Shown: piece by piece, positions 15,313 to 28,285 of the stretch | How positions within the stretch are numbered: the first letter of the stretch is position 1 | How the letters are laid out: each line of letters opens with the position of its first letter | Origin: Stegostoma tigrinum | Lineage: Eukaryota | Direction: 5' to 3' | NCBI RefSeq assembly: GCF_030684315.1 | Contig: NC_081391.1 | Location: 20,110,629 to 20,174,628, forward strand | Length of the DNA stretch: 64,000 bases | The notes under the pieces: model-generated | Database searches by the model: none | What the model was told of the DNA's origin: nothing | What the model saw: the letters and a program-made list of their open reading frames with translations, nothing else | Made by a program: the position numbers and the translations under genes

Positions 15313-15475
15313 TTTATACTCCTGGGACATCCTATGTTCAACGAGGGAATGACATCACCAATGATGACTGACATTCCCTGAAAGCCAATTCGGAATCTCC
15401 CATGAATTTAGCCCCGCCTCTGCCCTCCCACCAATTAGAGAGAGGGTGTGGGTGTATGAGGCAGAGCTGATCAGA
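15313..15475 (-). promoter_or_regulatory. Promoter of locus C (TATA, TGACATCA, CCAAT, GC box, CACCC box); homologue at about 49350-49512 for I
   Basis: TATAAA at 15318-15313. Plus strand carries GGGAATGACATCACCAAT, CCCCGCCT and AGGGTGTGGG (CCCACACCCT on the gene strand). Confidence 0.7.
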
Positions 15476-15756
15476 GGTGCAGATTGTTGTCAAGTCTGGA
15501 TGGTTATTCTGTGATTGGATCAGCAGTCGGTCATTTAGAATCTCCAATCTGCTGGAACTCTCTATCGGGTCATGGTTAGTTTGAACAAAAAACTAGATTT
15601 GGATTTGGAAAGCTTTTCTTTTTAAACTAAGCTTGTTGTGACCAACTGCAGGAGGTGCTCAATGAAGGAGAATCAGTTTCTGAGCATGTTCTGCTGGGAT
15701 ATTGGAGAGAAAGGTAGGAGATTGATGGTAGTTCATAGAAATTTGTGACAGAAACA

Positions 15757-16520
15757 AACAGGACAAAGACAGGAAAGATGTTTCTGATGACCAATGCGCC
15801 CAGAACCAAGGGTCACTGTCTAAGGATAGAGAATAGTCTGTTTGGGATTGAGATGAGGAGAAATGTCTTCAGCCATACAGTGGGGAGTCTGTTGTATTGT
15901 CTGGGACAGGAAACAGTTGAGGCCAAAAGACTGAAGGTTTTGAAGAGTTAGATGTAGCTGATAGGGCTATGGGGATCAAAGGGTATGGAGAGAGAGTGTG
16001 AAGATGGTACGGAGTTAAGGGATTACCCATCATCATATGGAATGTCAGAGCAGGCTGGAAGGGCTGTATCAAAATGGTTCAAAATTTTGAACATTTCAAT
16101 CAGGTCATCTTCTAATCGTCTCTGCTCCAAGGAGATAAGGCCAATTTTTAAAATCTTTCCTGGTATCATTCCAGCAAATCTCCTTTGCACCGTGCCCAGG
16201 GCTTTAATGCCGTCCCGTAGAAACAGTGCCCAGAATTGAACACAATACTCTAATGCGGTCTGACCAATGGTGTGCAGTGGTGTAGCGTTACTACCTTGGT
16301 TTTATACTCCATGGCTCTCCTTAAAAACACAAGATTCCTATAAGCCTTCTTCATGACTGTTTCATCTTGCCTGGCCACCTTCAGGGAATTGTAGTTTTAA
16401 ATCCTGAGGGCTCCCTGCTCCTGTACTCACCTTGACGTTGTTCCATTGTACCTGTATTATCTCTTCATGTCTCCATGTTTCTTCGACCAAAATGCATTTC
16501 TTGCATTTTTTTGTGTTGAA
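15757..16520. mobile_element. Old CR1 fragments (+ 3' end about 15757-16065; - fragment about 16080-16520); duplicate at about 49783-50545
   Basis: gagatgaggagaaatgtcttcag and ggggatcaaagggtatggagag resemble the CR1 3' region; cccagaattgaacacaatactc is antisense to an EYCVQFW-type motif. Confidence 0.6.
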
Positions 16521-17569
16521 ATTATAAAGTGATTGCCAACATCAAATCTTACCCAATAAAAATCAAGAGATGCAAATTTTGAAGTCTTCAACTGACACCG
16601 GACATGTGTGTGTGTCCACTACCCACTATCCTTTCTGTGAAGAGGCTGTTTCTGACATTATCCTGGGCCGTTTAGCACTAATTTGAAGATTCTATATCCG
16701 TACCATACCTTAAGTCCTAGAAGACCCATTGAGAAGAAACAATTCCTCTGAATCTACCCTGTCAAGTCCATTAATGGTCTTAAAACTTTCAAGTACTGCC
16801 ATCTCTTAACCTTCCATACTGAGGGACTCGGGCAAGCTGCCATCATCATTTAACCAGCTCTTTATCTCTGAGTTGATTCTGGAAATTCTCTGCTGCACCA
16901 TCTTCAGGCCCAACCTGCCGAAAATGAGATCTCCAGGGATGGTTGAACCAGAACTTGACAATTTCATAAAAAACTCCACCCAGAGGTGTTCAAATCCCTT
17001 AGAGATCAGGACTGACATTGAATTAATTTCTTTGTTCAGTGTTTTTATATCTCGTCTCTAGTTTCAATACATTTCTGTCCACTTGTCTCAGTTTCATTTT
17101 GATCATTAGTTTTGACAACCCAGCAGAAGATGTCCCCATTTCTAAAACACTCTGACTCACCTTTCTTGGTCAGGAGTGGATAACTTCGCACTTCCCCTTA
17201 TTGAACTGTATCAGCCAGTCTTCCCCACTCCATGGAAGTTTGAAACATTCCACTGTCATGATAAAGTGCCACTTGATGTAATGCCATCAGCAAATATTTG
17301 AATTGTGGCTGTCCATTTCTTCATCTCGAACATTTATAATCCAAGGAAAATTTAAGGCCCCAGTTTCTCTCCTTGGGGAAAGTAATCACATCTTGCTTTT
17401 TCTTTTATTACCTCATGGGATGAAGGTGTTGTTGGCTGGCCCAGCATTTATTGTACTTCCCTAATTATTATTGTCTTCTTGAATTGCTGTTGTCCATTTG
17501 GTGTAGGGAGATCCATAATGCCATTTTGGACAGAATTCCAGGATTCAGATGGTATGACTGTAGATTGAG

Positions 17570-18520
17570 TTTTGCCTCATGAGCTTCATTGAGTATTTTG
17601 AAGAAGTGATGAAGAGCAATGATGAGGGCAGAGTGGTGGGCGTGATCTACATGGGCTGTAATGAAGCGTTTGACAATGTTGCTCATAGTAAGCTGTTTAG
17701 CAAAGTGAGATCACATGGAATCCATGGAGAATTATCCATTTGGATACAGAAATGGCTCAAAGGTGGAAGGCACAGGGTGCCGGTAGAGGCAACAAAGTGT
17801 GGAGCCGGAGGAACACAGCAGGCCAGGCAGCATCAGAGGAGCAGAAAAGCTGCTGTTTCGGGCTGAGACCCTTCAGAAATTGGGAGGGGGAGGGGAAGCT
17901 CAGAAATAAGGAGGAGGGGTGGGACTGGGGATGGTAGGTGGGATGGTGATGGGTGAGTGCAGGTAGGGAGTGGTCAGTGAGGTGGGAGAGAAGATGAACA
18001 TGAACAGGTCAAGGAGGTGGGGATTGGTCATGGGATGAGGAGACTTTGAAGTTAATAAGGTTAATAAGGTCCACATTTAGTGTCTTGGGCTATAAGCTCC
18101 CAAGGCAGAATATGAGGTGCTACTCCTCTAGTTTGAGGATGACATTGGTGTGATACTGGAGGATGCCCAAGATGGACAGGTCAGCCATGGAGTGGGAGGT
18201 GGGGTGGAAGTTAAAACATTTTGTGATTGGAAAGTGTTGTTGTTTGTTTCTCATTGAGCGCAGATGCTCTAGAGAAACTGTCTCCCTCATGGTGGCTACA
18301 TTGGGTGCAGCCGATACAATAGACCAACTTGAAACAGGTGCAGGTGATCTGTGTCTGATGCCGAAGGTTTGTTAGTTTTTATTTTGAATGGAGACACGGG
18401 GTGGATGTGGTGGTGGGGCGAGGGGGTCAGGGAATGGTGTAGCTGTTCCTGCAGTTGCAGGGAACAGGGCTGGGGTTAATGGGGAGAACAGAGTGGATGA
18501 GAGAGTGGCAGGGATACCAG
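17570..18520. mobile_element. CR1 RT fragment (+, about 17570-17790) joined to an older Penelope-like fragment (-, about 17790-18520); duplicate at about 51596-52546
   Basis: IEYFEEVMKSNDEGRVVGVIYMGCNEAFDNVAH resembles the CR1 motif FFE.VT...D.G..VDV.Y.DFSKAFDKVPH. The following sequence resembles the Penelope-like 3' region. Confidence 0.75.
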
Positions 18521-19806
18521 CGTAGAGGTACTGGGGTGTCCACAGTAAGAGGGGCTATGCCTGCTTCTGTCGGATATGTGGAACAGTCCCTCTTCTGCTG
18601 CTCCACTGGCACTATCCCCTACCTTTTCCTTACTCAAAGATTAACAGTAAATAGCCAGCTACATTGCTGTGTGGGTGGTGAGTCAGCTGTTGGCCAACTG
18701 CTTTCCTTCCCTGAAAGGGTTAGAAAAGTTTAGAACTGCTGAGAGTTGGTCTTTCTGCAAATTAAGTGAAGTGTCTCTTCTACTCTGACCCGCCCCAACC
18801 GAAGCCGAGATGCTATGAAGGGAACTCTGCAGATAAAGAAGGTGAACCAGAGTCTCCCGGATCCCCTTGTCTGCAAATGTAGCTTTAATTGCACCAGCTG
18901 TCCTCAGCAGTTGATTGCTGGAGCAAGAACAGGGACTATGCCACGTTTGTCCCACACGCGACAAGGTGGGCATTGAGGATAGGAGACACTGTTACAGGAG
19001 AGAGCAGATTCCTCACTCAGTCTCCTACAGTGGAGACTTGTTAGAAAATCCAATTCCTTAGCTTTGGAAACTAGAACAGTGGTGTATTGCTTGCTCAAAG
19101 AAGCATGGAGAAAAAGCAACTTGCATGCCAGATGCTATTGCTGTTACAGTCTTATTAAGGAATATTTTGAATGCTTAGATTCTACCAGTAAAGTTAACAG
19201 AATATTACTGGCAAAACTGAGGCCTGGCAGCACCTGGGGACAGACTTCAGTTGTGGAGTCACCAGACTCAAAGATTAACTGGTTTAATCAACACACATCC
19301 AGAGTTCCACCTGCACCTCCCCCGCCACCCGGCAAACCCCAGCAATTTCTATTTTGTTTGATCCCAGCTTTTAGGAAAGTTGGAGCATTGCTCGGGACAG
19401 GGCACCAGTTAAGTGGCTAACAGTTAGATAGAGTGGAGCAATTTTGGTGAAGCTATTCACGAGAGACTACTCTTACAGAATTGTCACAGTGAGGACAAGA
19501 CAGATAGTGAGCATTGCGAACAAGCCAAAAGCTTAACAGTTGTGATTTCCGCAACAATTACTCACTTCAAAAATTCTTCTGACTCTGGATTCAGAAGCTG
19601 AACAAAAATAGCCAGGGCAAGCATTGATTCAATGCAGAGAGCAAAAAGCCGAAGGGACTGAATAATCAGATAATAAACAGCCAAATAAATGAAGCAGTTA
19701 CTTAAAGTAGTCAGATACATGGGAAATGTTTTCATTGACTTTTTTGTGCACTCTGCACTTGCACTAGAACACCAGTGTGCAACAGATGGAGTTGTTGAAT
19801 CCCCGT

Positions 19807-19951
19807 TCAGCTCAGGCTGAGCCTCTCAAACAGATACTCTCCTTTGCCCTTCTGAGGGGCTCCCAGTCTCTTCAGGTTGGTGATGTGATCTCCCAGCTTC
19901 TTGATCATCTTCACTTGCTCATCCAAGTAGTGCCTCTCCAGGAAGTCACAG
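19807..19951 (-). pseudogene. Ferritin locus D, orphan exon 4 with a 2-bp deletion
   Basis: Ferritin exon-4 sequence ending [18 protein letters not shown]. It is 145 nt (plus strand gtcacagctg versus gtcacacagctg in other copies). No exon 3, 2 or 1 lies between it and the 3' flank of locus E. Confidence 0.9.
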
Positions 19952-20270
19952 CTGGAAGACAAGACAAGTTAGTTGAGTCCATTGAAGACATTTGGAAGTG
20001 ACCCTCAATTCAGATCTTACAAATCACTGCCAAGTTGAGGGAGAGGGGCACTCTGGTGATTCATTTGGACTGTTGTAGATTTAACAGTCTGCAGGAGGCA
20101 GTTATGAGACAATTGTATTCCCCCTCCCCCCAGGAGTAGACAAACAGATCACTTTCAGGTTAGAAACATTCATCTTTCCTGTAATTTGAAAGTCATCCTG
20201 GTAGTTTGTTGCTCTGAAGGCCATCAGCCCCACATGCTGAATTTAGCAGTGGATGGCAAGGAAGCACACA

Positions 20271-20696
20271 ACCAGCCCAGCTCTTCCCCTCCACCCACTG
20301 CATCCCAAAACCAGTCCAACCTGTCTCTGTCTCCCTAACCTGTTCTTCCTCTCACCCATCCCTTCCTCCCACCCCAAGCCGCACCTCCATCTCCTACCTA
20401 CTAACCTCATCCCACCTCCTTGACCTGTCCATCTACCCTGGACTGACCTATCCCCTCCCCACATCCCCACCTATACTCTCCTCTCCACCTATCTTCTTTT
20501 CTCTCCATCTTCGGTCCGCCTCCCCCTCTCTCCCTATTTATTCCAGAACCCTCTCCCCATCCCCCTCTCTGATGAAGGCTCCAGGCCCGAAACGACAGCT
20601 TTTGTGCTCCTGAGATGCTGCTGGGCCTGCTGTGTTCATCCAGCCTCACATTTTATTATCTTGGATTCTGCAGCATCTGCAGTTCCCATTATCACT
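20271..20696 (+). mobile_element. Penelope-like element 3' fragment (duplicate at about 54298-54723)
   Basis: Reverse complement of the 2689-3100 terminus, ending cagcatctgcagttcccattatcactg. Confidence 0.8.
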
Positions 20697-21399
20697 GTTT
20701 TGTTGTCCAGCCGGCTTGGGGGGAAACTGAGCACGTTCTGGCCTTTTTAATTCGGCTTTCATATCTGCCCACTGCCACACGGTTATTACGGTGCTGATGG
20801 TGACCATTCGGCCCATCGTATCCACCACCAACTCGCTGAGCGTTTCACCTCTTGCCATTCTCCTGCACTGTCCCTGTAATCTCCATGTTATTCCCTTTCA
20901 GATATCAGTCCTATTCCCTTTTGAATGCGTGAATTGAACCTGCCTCCAACACACTCTCGGACTATACATTTCACACCCTATCCACTCGCTGTGTTGGAAG
21001 GTTTTTATTTTCGCAGATCACTTCAGCTTCTTTTGCCAATTTTAAACCTGTGCCTTCTTGCTCCTGACCCTTTCACAAATGGGAACATCATGCCCCTGTT
21101 TGTTCTTTCTGGATCGGTATTTGAGCCGTTTGCTTTCCAGAGAGAAAAGTCCCAGCTTCTCCAATATATCCTCACACCTGAAATTCCTCATTCCTGTTGC
21201 CATTCCAGGAAGCCTCCTCTGCACTCGCTCCTATACCTCCACTCTTTCCTTCAGTGTGATGTGCAGAATGAGACACAGTATTCCTGTTGGAGTCAAACTT
21301 AAGCAGGTTCAGCATAATCACCTTGCTCTTGGACACTTGCCCCTACTAATAAAGCTCAGGGCACTGCGAGCTTTGTAAACGATTCTCTTAAACAGTCCT

Positions 21400-22745
21400 C
21401 AGAGATAATGGGAACTGCAGGTGCTGTAGAATCTGAGATAACAAAGTGTAGAGCTGGATGAACACAGCAGGTCATGCAGCATTTGGGCCTAGACCCTTCA
21501 TCAGAAAAGGGAGATGGGGAGAGAATTCTGAAATAAATAGGGAGAGGGGTAGGCGGACTGAAGAAGAATAGAGGAGAAGGTAGGTGGAGAGGAAAGTATG
21601 GGTGGGGAGGTAGGGAGGGGATAGGTCAGTCCGGGGAGGTTGGACAGGTCAAAGGGGCCAGGTGAGGTTAGTAGGTAGGAAATGGAGGTGTGGCTTGAGG
21701 TAGGAGGAGGGGCTCGGTGAGAGGAAGAACAGGTTATGGAGGCTGGGACGAGCTGGGCTGGTTTTGGGATGCAGTGGGAGGAGGGGAGATTTTGAAGCTG
21801 GTCAAATCCACATTGATACCATTGGGCTGCAGAGTTCCCAAGCGGAATATGAGTTGCTGTTCCTGCAACCTATGGGTGGCATCATTATGGCACTGCAGGA
21901 GGACCAGGATGGACATGTTGTCTCAAGAATGGGAGGGGGGAGTTGAAATGGTGCACGACTGGGAGGTGCAGTTGTTTACTGCGATCTGAGCGTAGGTGTT
22001 CTGCAAAGTGGTCCCAAGCCTCTGCTGCATTTCCCCAATGTAGCGGAAGCCACACCGTGTACAGCAGATGCAGTATACCACATTGGCGGATGTGCAGGTG
22101 AACATCTCTTTGATGTGGAAAGTCATCTTGGGGCCTGGGATCGGGGTAAGGGAGGAGGTGTGGGGGCAGCTGCAGCACTTCCTGCGGTTGTAGCAGAAAG
22201 TGCTGGGTGTGGTGGGTTTGGACGGGAGTGTGGAGCAGACAAGGACGTCGCAGACAGAATGGTCTCTCCGAAAGCAGACAATGGTGGGGATAGAAAAATG
22301 TCTTTGGTGGTGGAGTTAGATTGTAGATGGCAGAAGTTTCGGAGGACGATGCGTTATATCCAGAGGTTAGTGGGGTGGTATGTGAGGACTAGGGGATCCT
22401 CTCGGGGAAGTTATTGCGAGGGTGGTGTGTGAGGGATGAGTTGTGGGAAATGCGGGAGACACGATTGAGGACATTCTCGCCCACTGCAAGGGGGAAGTGG
22501 CGGTCCTGTAAGAACGAGGACATCTGGGATGTGCAGGAGTGGTATGCCTCTCCTTGGAGGAGATGGGGCAGAGGCAAAGGAATTGGGAATAGGGGATGGA
22601 GTTTTTGCAGGAAGGTGGGTCGGTTGAGGCGTATTACAGGTAGCTGTGGGAGTCGGTGGGCTCGAAATGGACATCGGTTTGTAGGTGGTTGCCTGCGATG
22701 GAGACAGAAAGTCGAGGAAGGTGAGGGATGTGTTGGAGATGGTCC
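21400..22745 (-). mobile_element. Penelope-like retroelement with a GIY-YIG remnant
   Basis: FTCTSANVVYCICCTRCGFRYIGEMQQRLG (VVY...YIGE) at 21923-22126 with frameshifts. Paralogous to the insertion at 2689. Confidence 0.85.
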
Positions 22746-24439
22746 TTCCACCTTCAATGATGTAATGCAAATACACCATACAGTTCACTCACTCCTGCAC
22801 CCTCTTTAGAAATGCACCTTTTATTTTGTATTGTCTCTACATGCTTTTCCCACTTTGAACTTCATCTGCCACTCGCTTGCCGATTCCACCAATATGTCTG
22901 TGCCCTTTTGAGGTTCGACACCATGGTCCTCACTCTAAGTTTCTTATCATGTACAAACTCTGAAATTGCATCCCTTATACCAGGCTATATGTCATTAGCT
23001 AAGTTTAGAAAAGCCTGGCTCCTCCCCATAACCCATGAAACTCCACTACAAACCACCCCCTCGTCCAAAGAGCATCCATTGGCATCACTTATGTTTCCAG
23101 TAATGCAGCCAACTCCATATCCCTGTCACTGCGCTGCCGTTCATTACAGGGGCTTGAACATTGTGTGGCACTGTATTATATGTCTTTAGGAAGCCCACGT
23201 AGACCACACGAACAACAGCCCTCTCGCCTATCTCCTCAAAATACTTGTGCTAGATAGTTGAAAGTGATTTTCCTTTTGAGGAGATCTGGCATGGATCTCA
23301 AAAAAGATTCATATTCATCCATGTATCTATTACGCAATTTTCAACTCATCTCCATTACTTCCTATCTTCCACTCCCCAGCATCACTCATGGAAATGCCAG
23401 GCGTCTACTCCATCACTTATCCCATTTGGAAACTGAATGAAAAGCTGATGCAAAAGGACAATGCATAGAGAAGTTGTTGCCTCTTCTCAGTGTTCATAAT
23501 TTATTGCAGCTACTAATTTCCAATTTCAAAACAATTTCTCACACAGATTTAAAAGTTCCACTCCCCACCCAAGTCCCCTAACCTGCCATTTCCACATACA
23601 TGCTGTATATGTTGCTTGCCTTCTATTGAAGGAGAGCTCAACAATGTTGGAGCTGAAAGAGTTTGCAAATAAGACCTCTCCTCCTCAGCAATTTCTGTAC
23701 CCTATTCCCCTGCTGAGAGCTTCACTTCAGACAAACAAGAGGAAAAGAAGTGACCCAACCAATGATTGGCTGCTGTGAACATGAAGCTATTGGGAGGTAT
23801 GGAAGGGTAGGAGGAAATAAGTAGTAATGAGAAATCAGGGGGAAAGAGGGGGGTGGTGTTGAAGAAGAAAGAAGGAAGACAAAAAATGCTTTGAATCCAA
23901 CTCTGCTTCCTTTAAATCATTCATCTGCTAACCCTCAGTCCCCAAAAGAAACAAAACAAGTCCACAAGCTGCAGATGGGGGCAGCCTTTGCAGTCGGCAA
24001 ACTTCGAAAGAGTTCACTTGACCCTTGCTGCTGTTGGAAGGAGGGCAGAGGAGGACAGAGGAAGCACCTAGTGTCTAATGTCATCCGGAGAATAAAGTCA
24101 TGTCACTAAGCGGTACACACCTGGAAGGCTAATGTAACGCTAAAAGGAAAGGGGAAACGCCTCATTTACAAATTTGCCATGAATAAAACGTACGTTCCAT
24201 ATGTGCATGAAATTTATGCTACCTTTAGAGGAAGATATAGAAGTGTGTGAAATTTCTATTGTGGATTTTTTCAGTCAAGTTACCTGGTTAGCTGTTGGTA
24301 ATTTAGGTTGTTTAAAAAACAAAGATCCAAAATCCAGTTCCACAAAGACTTGTATTTCCATTTGGAATGGCAGACAGAAAAAGGTAAAGTGGGCATCAGA
24401 ATTAAGTCACAAATGGACCAATTTCTTCTATAACCCCAC

Positions 24440-26673
24440 TCAGCTCAGTGAGAGCCTGTCAAACAGGTACTCTCCCATGCCATTGTCAGGGGCTCCCAGT
24501 CTCTTCAGGTTGGTGATGTGATCTCCCAGCTTCTTGATCATCTTCACTTGCTCATCCAGGTAGTGCCTCTCCAGGAAGTCACACAGCTGGAACAAGGAGC
24601 CAGAATGTAATGTTAGAGCAGACACATCAACAATCACACCATTGCGCTTTTGCAGTGATATAAGTGTGAACAAGTGCTGGTATTTGAGAGCAGCTTGCTC
24701 TCCAGAAACAATGAACAGACTGGAATAGCTTTATCTGCAACTTTGCAAATGCAGAAATGGTGACAGAAACCTGAGTTTACCCACCAGGGATCAAACTGCC
24801 ATTTCACAGAATTGGGTGGAAGTTCTAAACACTTACGCCTCTCACCAAGTCAGCAAAGCACATATCAGTGACTGACATCTATGTTCAGGATGGCTGCTGC
24901 TCTCAAACACTGGGACAATAGCAAGCCTATGCTTGTAGAACAGGAATAGCAGATTCCCATGTCACCTTGAGCTCCCTCGAGACATGCATCCCATCAGGAA
25001 CTCACATGAGGGTCCGTGTGGCTAGAGGCGAGTTTGTGCAGATCCAGCAGACTCTGGTTCACATCCTTCTCCATCCGCAGAGCTCTCTGCATTGCCTCCA
25101 GACCATTGCCCCACTCATCCTGCTCTGGCTTCTGGAGGGAGAAGACAGTCATTAGTGAGGTTAGAAGGTCCAAGACTCGTACAAAGGCAAGAAAATGAAG
25201 ACATGTGGTAATCTGTGCCATATCCAAACCAAGGATTAATAACAATTCACAATTCACAGAAGGTCATGGAGACCATTATCAGACATTTGATCCATCATTA
25301 AGAACTGCTGACAGATCAGGGCTAAAGACTGAAACATTGGGATGAAGTTACCTGTATTCAGGCTAGTCTACAGTAATGTATCAGTCTAAACTGTCATTGG
25401 GGCAAGTTCAGTGCTAAAACCCTTTCATTCTGATTTGTTGATCTTTCAGAAAAGGAAAGAATTAGCAAAACCAACTCACATCAAGCAGAGACTTTCCATC
25501 AAGACACCTCACTCATCTCAACACAAGATGTACAGGGGAGTCTGGAACACCAAGGCCATTGCACAAGCAAGAAACAACACAATTTGCATTTACTACAAGA
25601 GATAGACCCCAACCTTGATGTCCTGCAGGAGAACACGGCCACCACGTTTATTCTGGAATGCCATCAGTTTCTCAGCATGTTCCTGTTCCTCATGGGACTG
25701 CTCCTTGAAGAACTCTGCAAAGTGACGGAGGGCAACATCATCCCGGTCAAAGTAAGAGAACTGTAAGCAGAAGGGAACAGAAGGCAAGACTAAAATTTCA
25801 TCACCAGCTAAAAGAGTAAAATAGTAAGCTATTTAACAACTGACTGTATCACAAGTCACTTAAAAAATAAACAGGTGACAATTGATCACAGCATTGATGT
25901 TACACATCATCTCCAGACAAACATTCCTCTCCTCCTTCCCCCACCACCCTACTCAAGTCAGCAACACTAGCTCCTCCCCAAAAGGAACCCAATAATTAGA
26001 GACTATAATCTAATCTAATACTGTAATTGCTTCATGGAAACATCCAGTATTAAACATGGACATGAACATGAGACTTTTCCTGACACCATACACTTCAGAA
26101 CATAAAAGACAGAGGAGGATGCTAACCAATTGTGCAGTAAGGCTCAGCAGTTAGCACTACTGCCACACAGTGCCAGGGACCAGGGTCTGATTGAAACTGT
26201 GCATGTGAAGTTCACACATTCTCTGCAAAGATGTGGGTTTCCTTTCACTGCCCATATATGGGCAGATGATGTTGACCAGCTATGCTAAATTGCCCATAGT
26301 GGCCAGGGCAGGTGGGTTAGCCATGGGAAGTGCAGGGTCACAAGGGTACAGTAGGTGGGAGTGCTCTTGAGATGGACTCAATTGGACAAGTGACCTATAT
26401 CTACATTATGCAGATGCTAATGATTATGATACCCAGCCAAAGAGAACCACTCTCAGAAGGAGTAATTTAGATTTCAACACTCTGCTTATTAAAGAGGAGA
26501 ACTTCTAGGTCTTATCAGATTTACATTTAAGTGCATTGTCTCATTTTACAATGCAGACAATCAAGCCTCACCATGGAGAGGTAAACATAAGAGGAATAGA
26601 GCTCCAGGTTGATCTGCTTGTTAACAGCATCCTCACAGTCCTTGTGATAGTTCTGGCACACTTGGGAAGCCAT
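24440..26673 (-). CDS. Ferritin heavy/middle-subunit-like, locus E, intact, 173 aa
   Basis: Exons 26673-26572, 25760-25614, 25131-25006 and 24586-24440 with GT-AG junctions and an open frame. Variant SHEEQEH. Confidence 0.95.
26133..26425 (+). mobile_element. Degenerate HE1/V-SINE-like element in intron 1 of E (duplicate at about 60166-60460 in K)
   Basis: ggctcagcagttagcactactgcc...gctaaattgcccatagt...gtgggttagccatggg is similar to the element at 37287. Confidence 0.7.
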
Positions 26674-26742
26674 CTTCACTACTCCTGCTCACTATCACCT
26701 CAACACCTCCAGAACTGAACTCCTTTCCTACGAACTCTTTTC

Positions 26743-26875
26743 TTTATACTCCTGGGTCATCCTGCAATCAACCAGGGAATGACACCACCAATGATGACAG
26801 CCAATGAGGAATTGGCATGCATCCAGGCACCAATGAGGGGAATGGGGTGGAGTGAGATACTCAGAGCCAATCAGT
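26743..26875 (-). promoter_or_regulatory. Promoter of locus E; homologue at about 60777-60910 for K
   Basis: TATAAA at 26748-26743, four plus-strand CCAAT motifs and a GGGGTGG (CACCC) box. Confidence 0.7.
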
Positions 26876-28260
26876 TTTGAAATGGCAGCAAATCTGTGAT
26901 TGGTCCCAGGAGCTGAAGGAAGCCTGAAGGTGACTGGGGGCCAAAAGCAATGTGTTGACTTTTATCTTGCTTCTGGAATGGGGTCAGGCCACTCGGCCTA
27001 ACAGCAATTATGAATGGATATCAGTGGTTGGCATCATGAGCAACAGCCATATTCTATGAAATGACTGAAACAAAACTCACTCCAGGGCCAAAATCAGAGT
27101 AATATACTCCACATATAGTATATTCTGTACTGCATACAATATTGACATAGCCTGTACATTCTAGTCTTCTCCCTCCATCGAGATGATGACTAAACTGCTG
27201 TGAGCCTTTTCAGTTCAATTTTGCTGCAGACTGTGAGTTTTTAAGTCATTTCTACACATGGTTTCCTAACTCTGTGCTTTTCTTCAGTTCCTAGCTCTGT
27301 TGCTTTGAAAAAACTCTCATTTATCTTGGTGCAAGTTTGCTTTTCCTCACATGTTATTGATGTTGTTGATAATATTCTGCCTGTTTATGGTACTATCGTG
27401 CCAACTAATAGAATGCCATCAGGAAGCGTGAGAGAGATCTCTATTCTTTTGTCAATGTCACATGGAAATATATGGACGTCAGAGGACCCTGTGGGGAAGA
27501 GAGAGAAACATCGAAACCTAGAACACAAGGGCAGGCGGAGGCCATTCAGCCGTTTGAGCCTGCTCCACCATTCTATATGATCATGGCTGATCCCAGCAAA
27601 CCCAACAGTGTGTTCCTGCTTTCCCTCCATATCGTTCGATCCCTTTAGCCCCAAGCACTAGATCCAACAATTTGAAATCAATGCTTTGGTCTCAACTGTG
27701 TACCGTGGTTGCAGATTCCACAGGCTCTCCCACTGTCTTGGTGAAGAAATGTAATAGCCCATCCATGACACCAGGTTACACACAAATTGCCGATCGACAG
27801 TCAGATACCGACCTGTTTCGGAGAGTCCACAGTCAGTGTGTATCAGTTTGCTGTTTGGGATGATAAGTATTTTGACTAAGTAACACATGCATTTCTGCAT
27901 TGACTGGAGATTAATGAAGCTTAGGGCTTGACGAGTAAAGTTGCCAGCAGCAAGGAATCAGATGTCGCCCTGGCCAAAGATGTTTCACAGTTAGTGTCTG
28001 CGAAATGATTAGAACTTTTGGCAATCCTGGTGGGTTGATGCCAATCTATTATGTAAACACCTGACTTACACACTGTCCCCCACGCCCTTGCAGAGTGAGC
28101 CTGAAGCAGATTTGTCCCAGACCCTGAATGCGGTAACAAGGTCCTTCCTGATCTGTTACTACTTAACATTGCAGCTGACAGAGACAGATGGGGATCAAGA
28201 GCAGAGGAAACATTCAACTGTGTTCTGAAGCGTCACCGTACTTGAAATGCTTACTCGGTG

Positions 28261-28285
28261 TCTCTCTCTCTCTCTCTCTCTCTCT
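28261..28285. repeat. (TC)n microsatellite inside a degenerate repeat (shorter copy at about 62297)
   Basis: A run of TC dinucleotides is directly visible. Confidence 0.9.
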
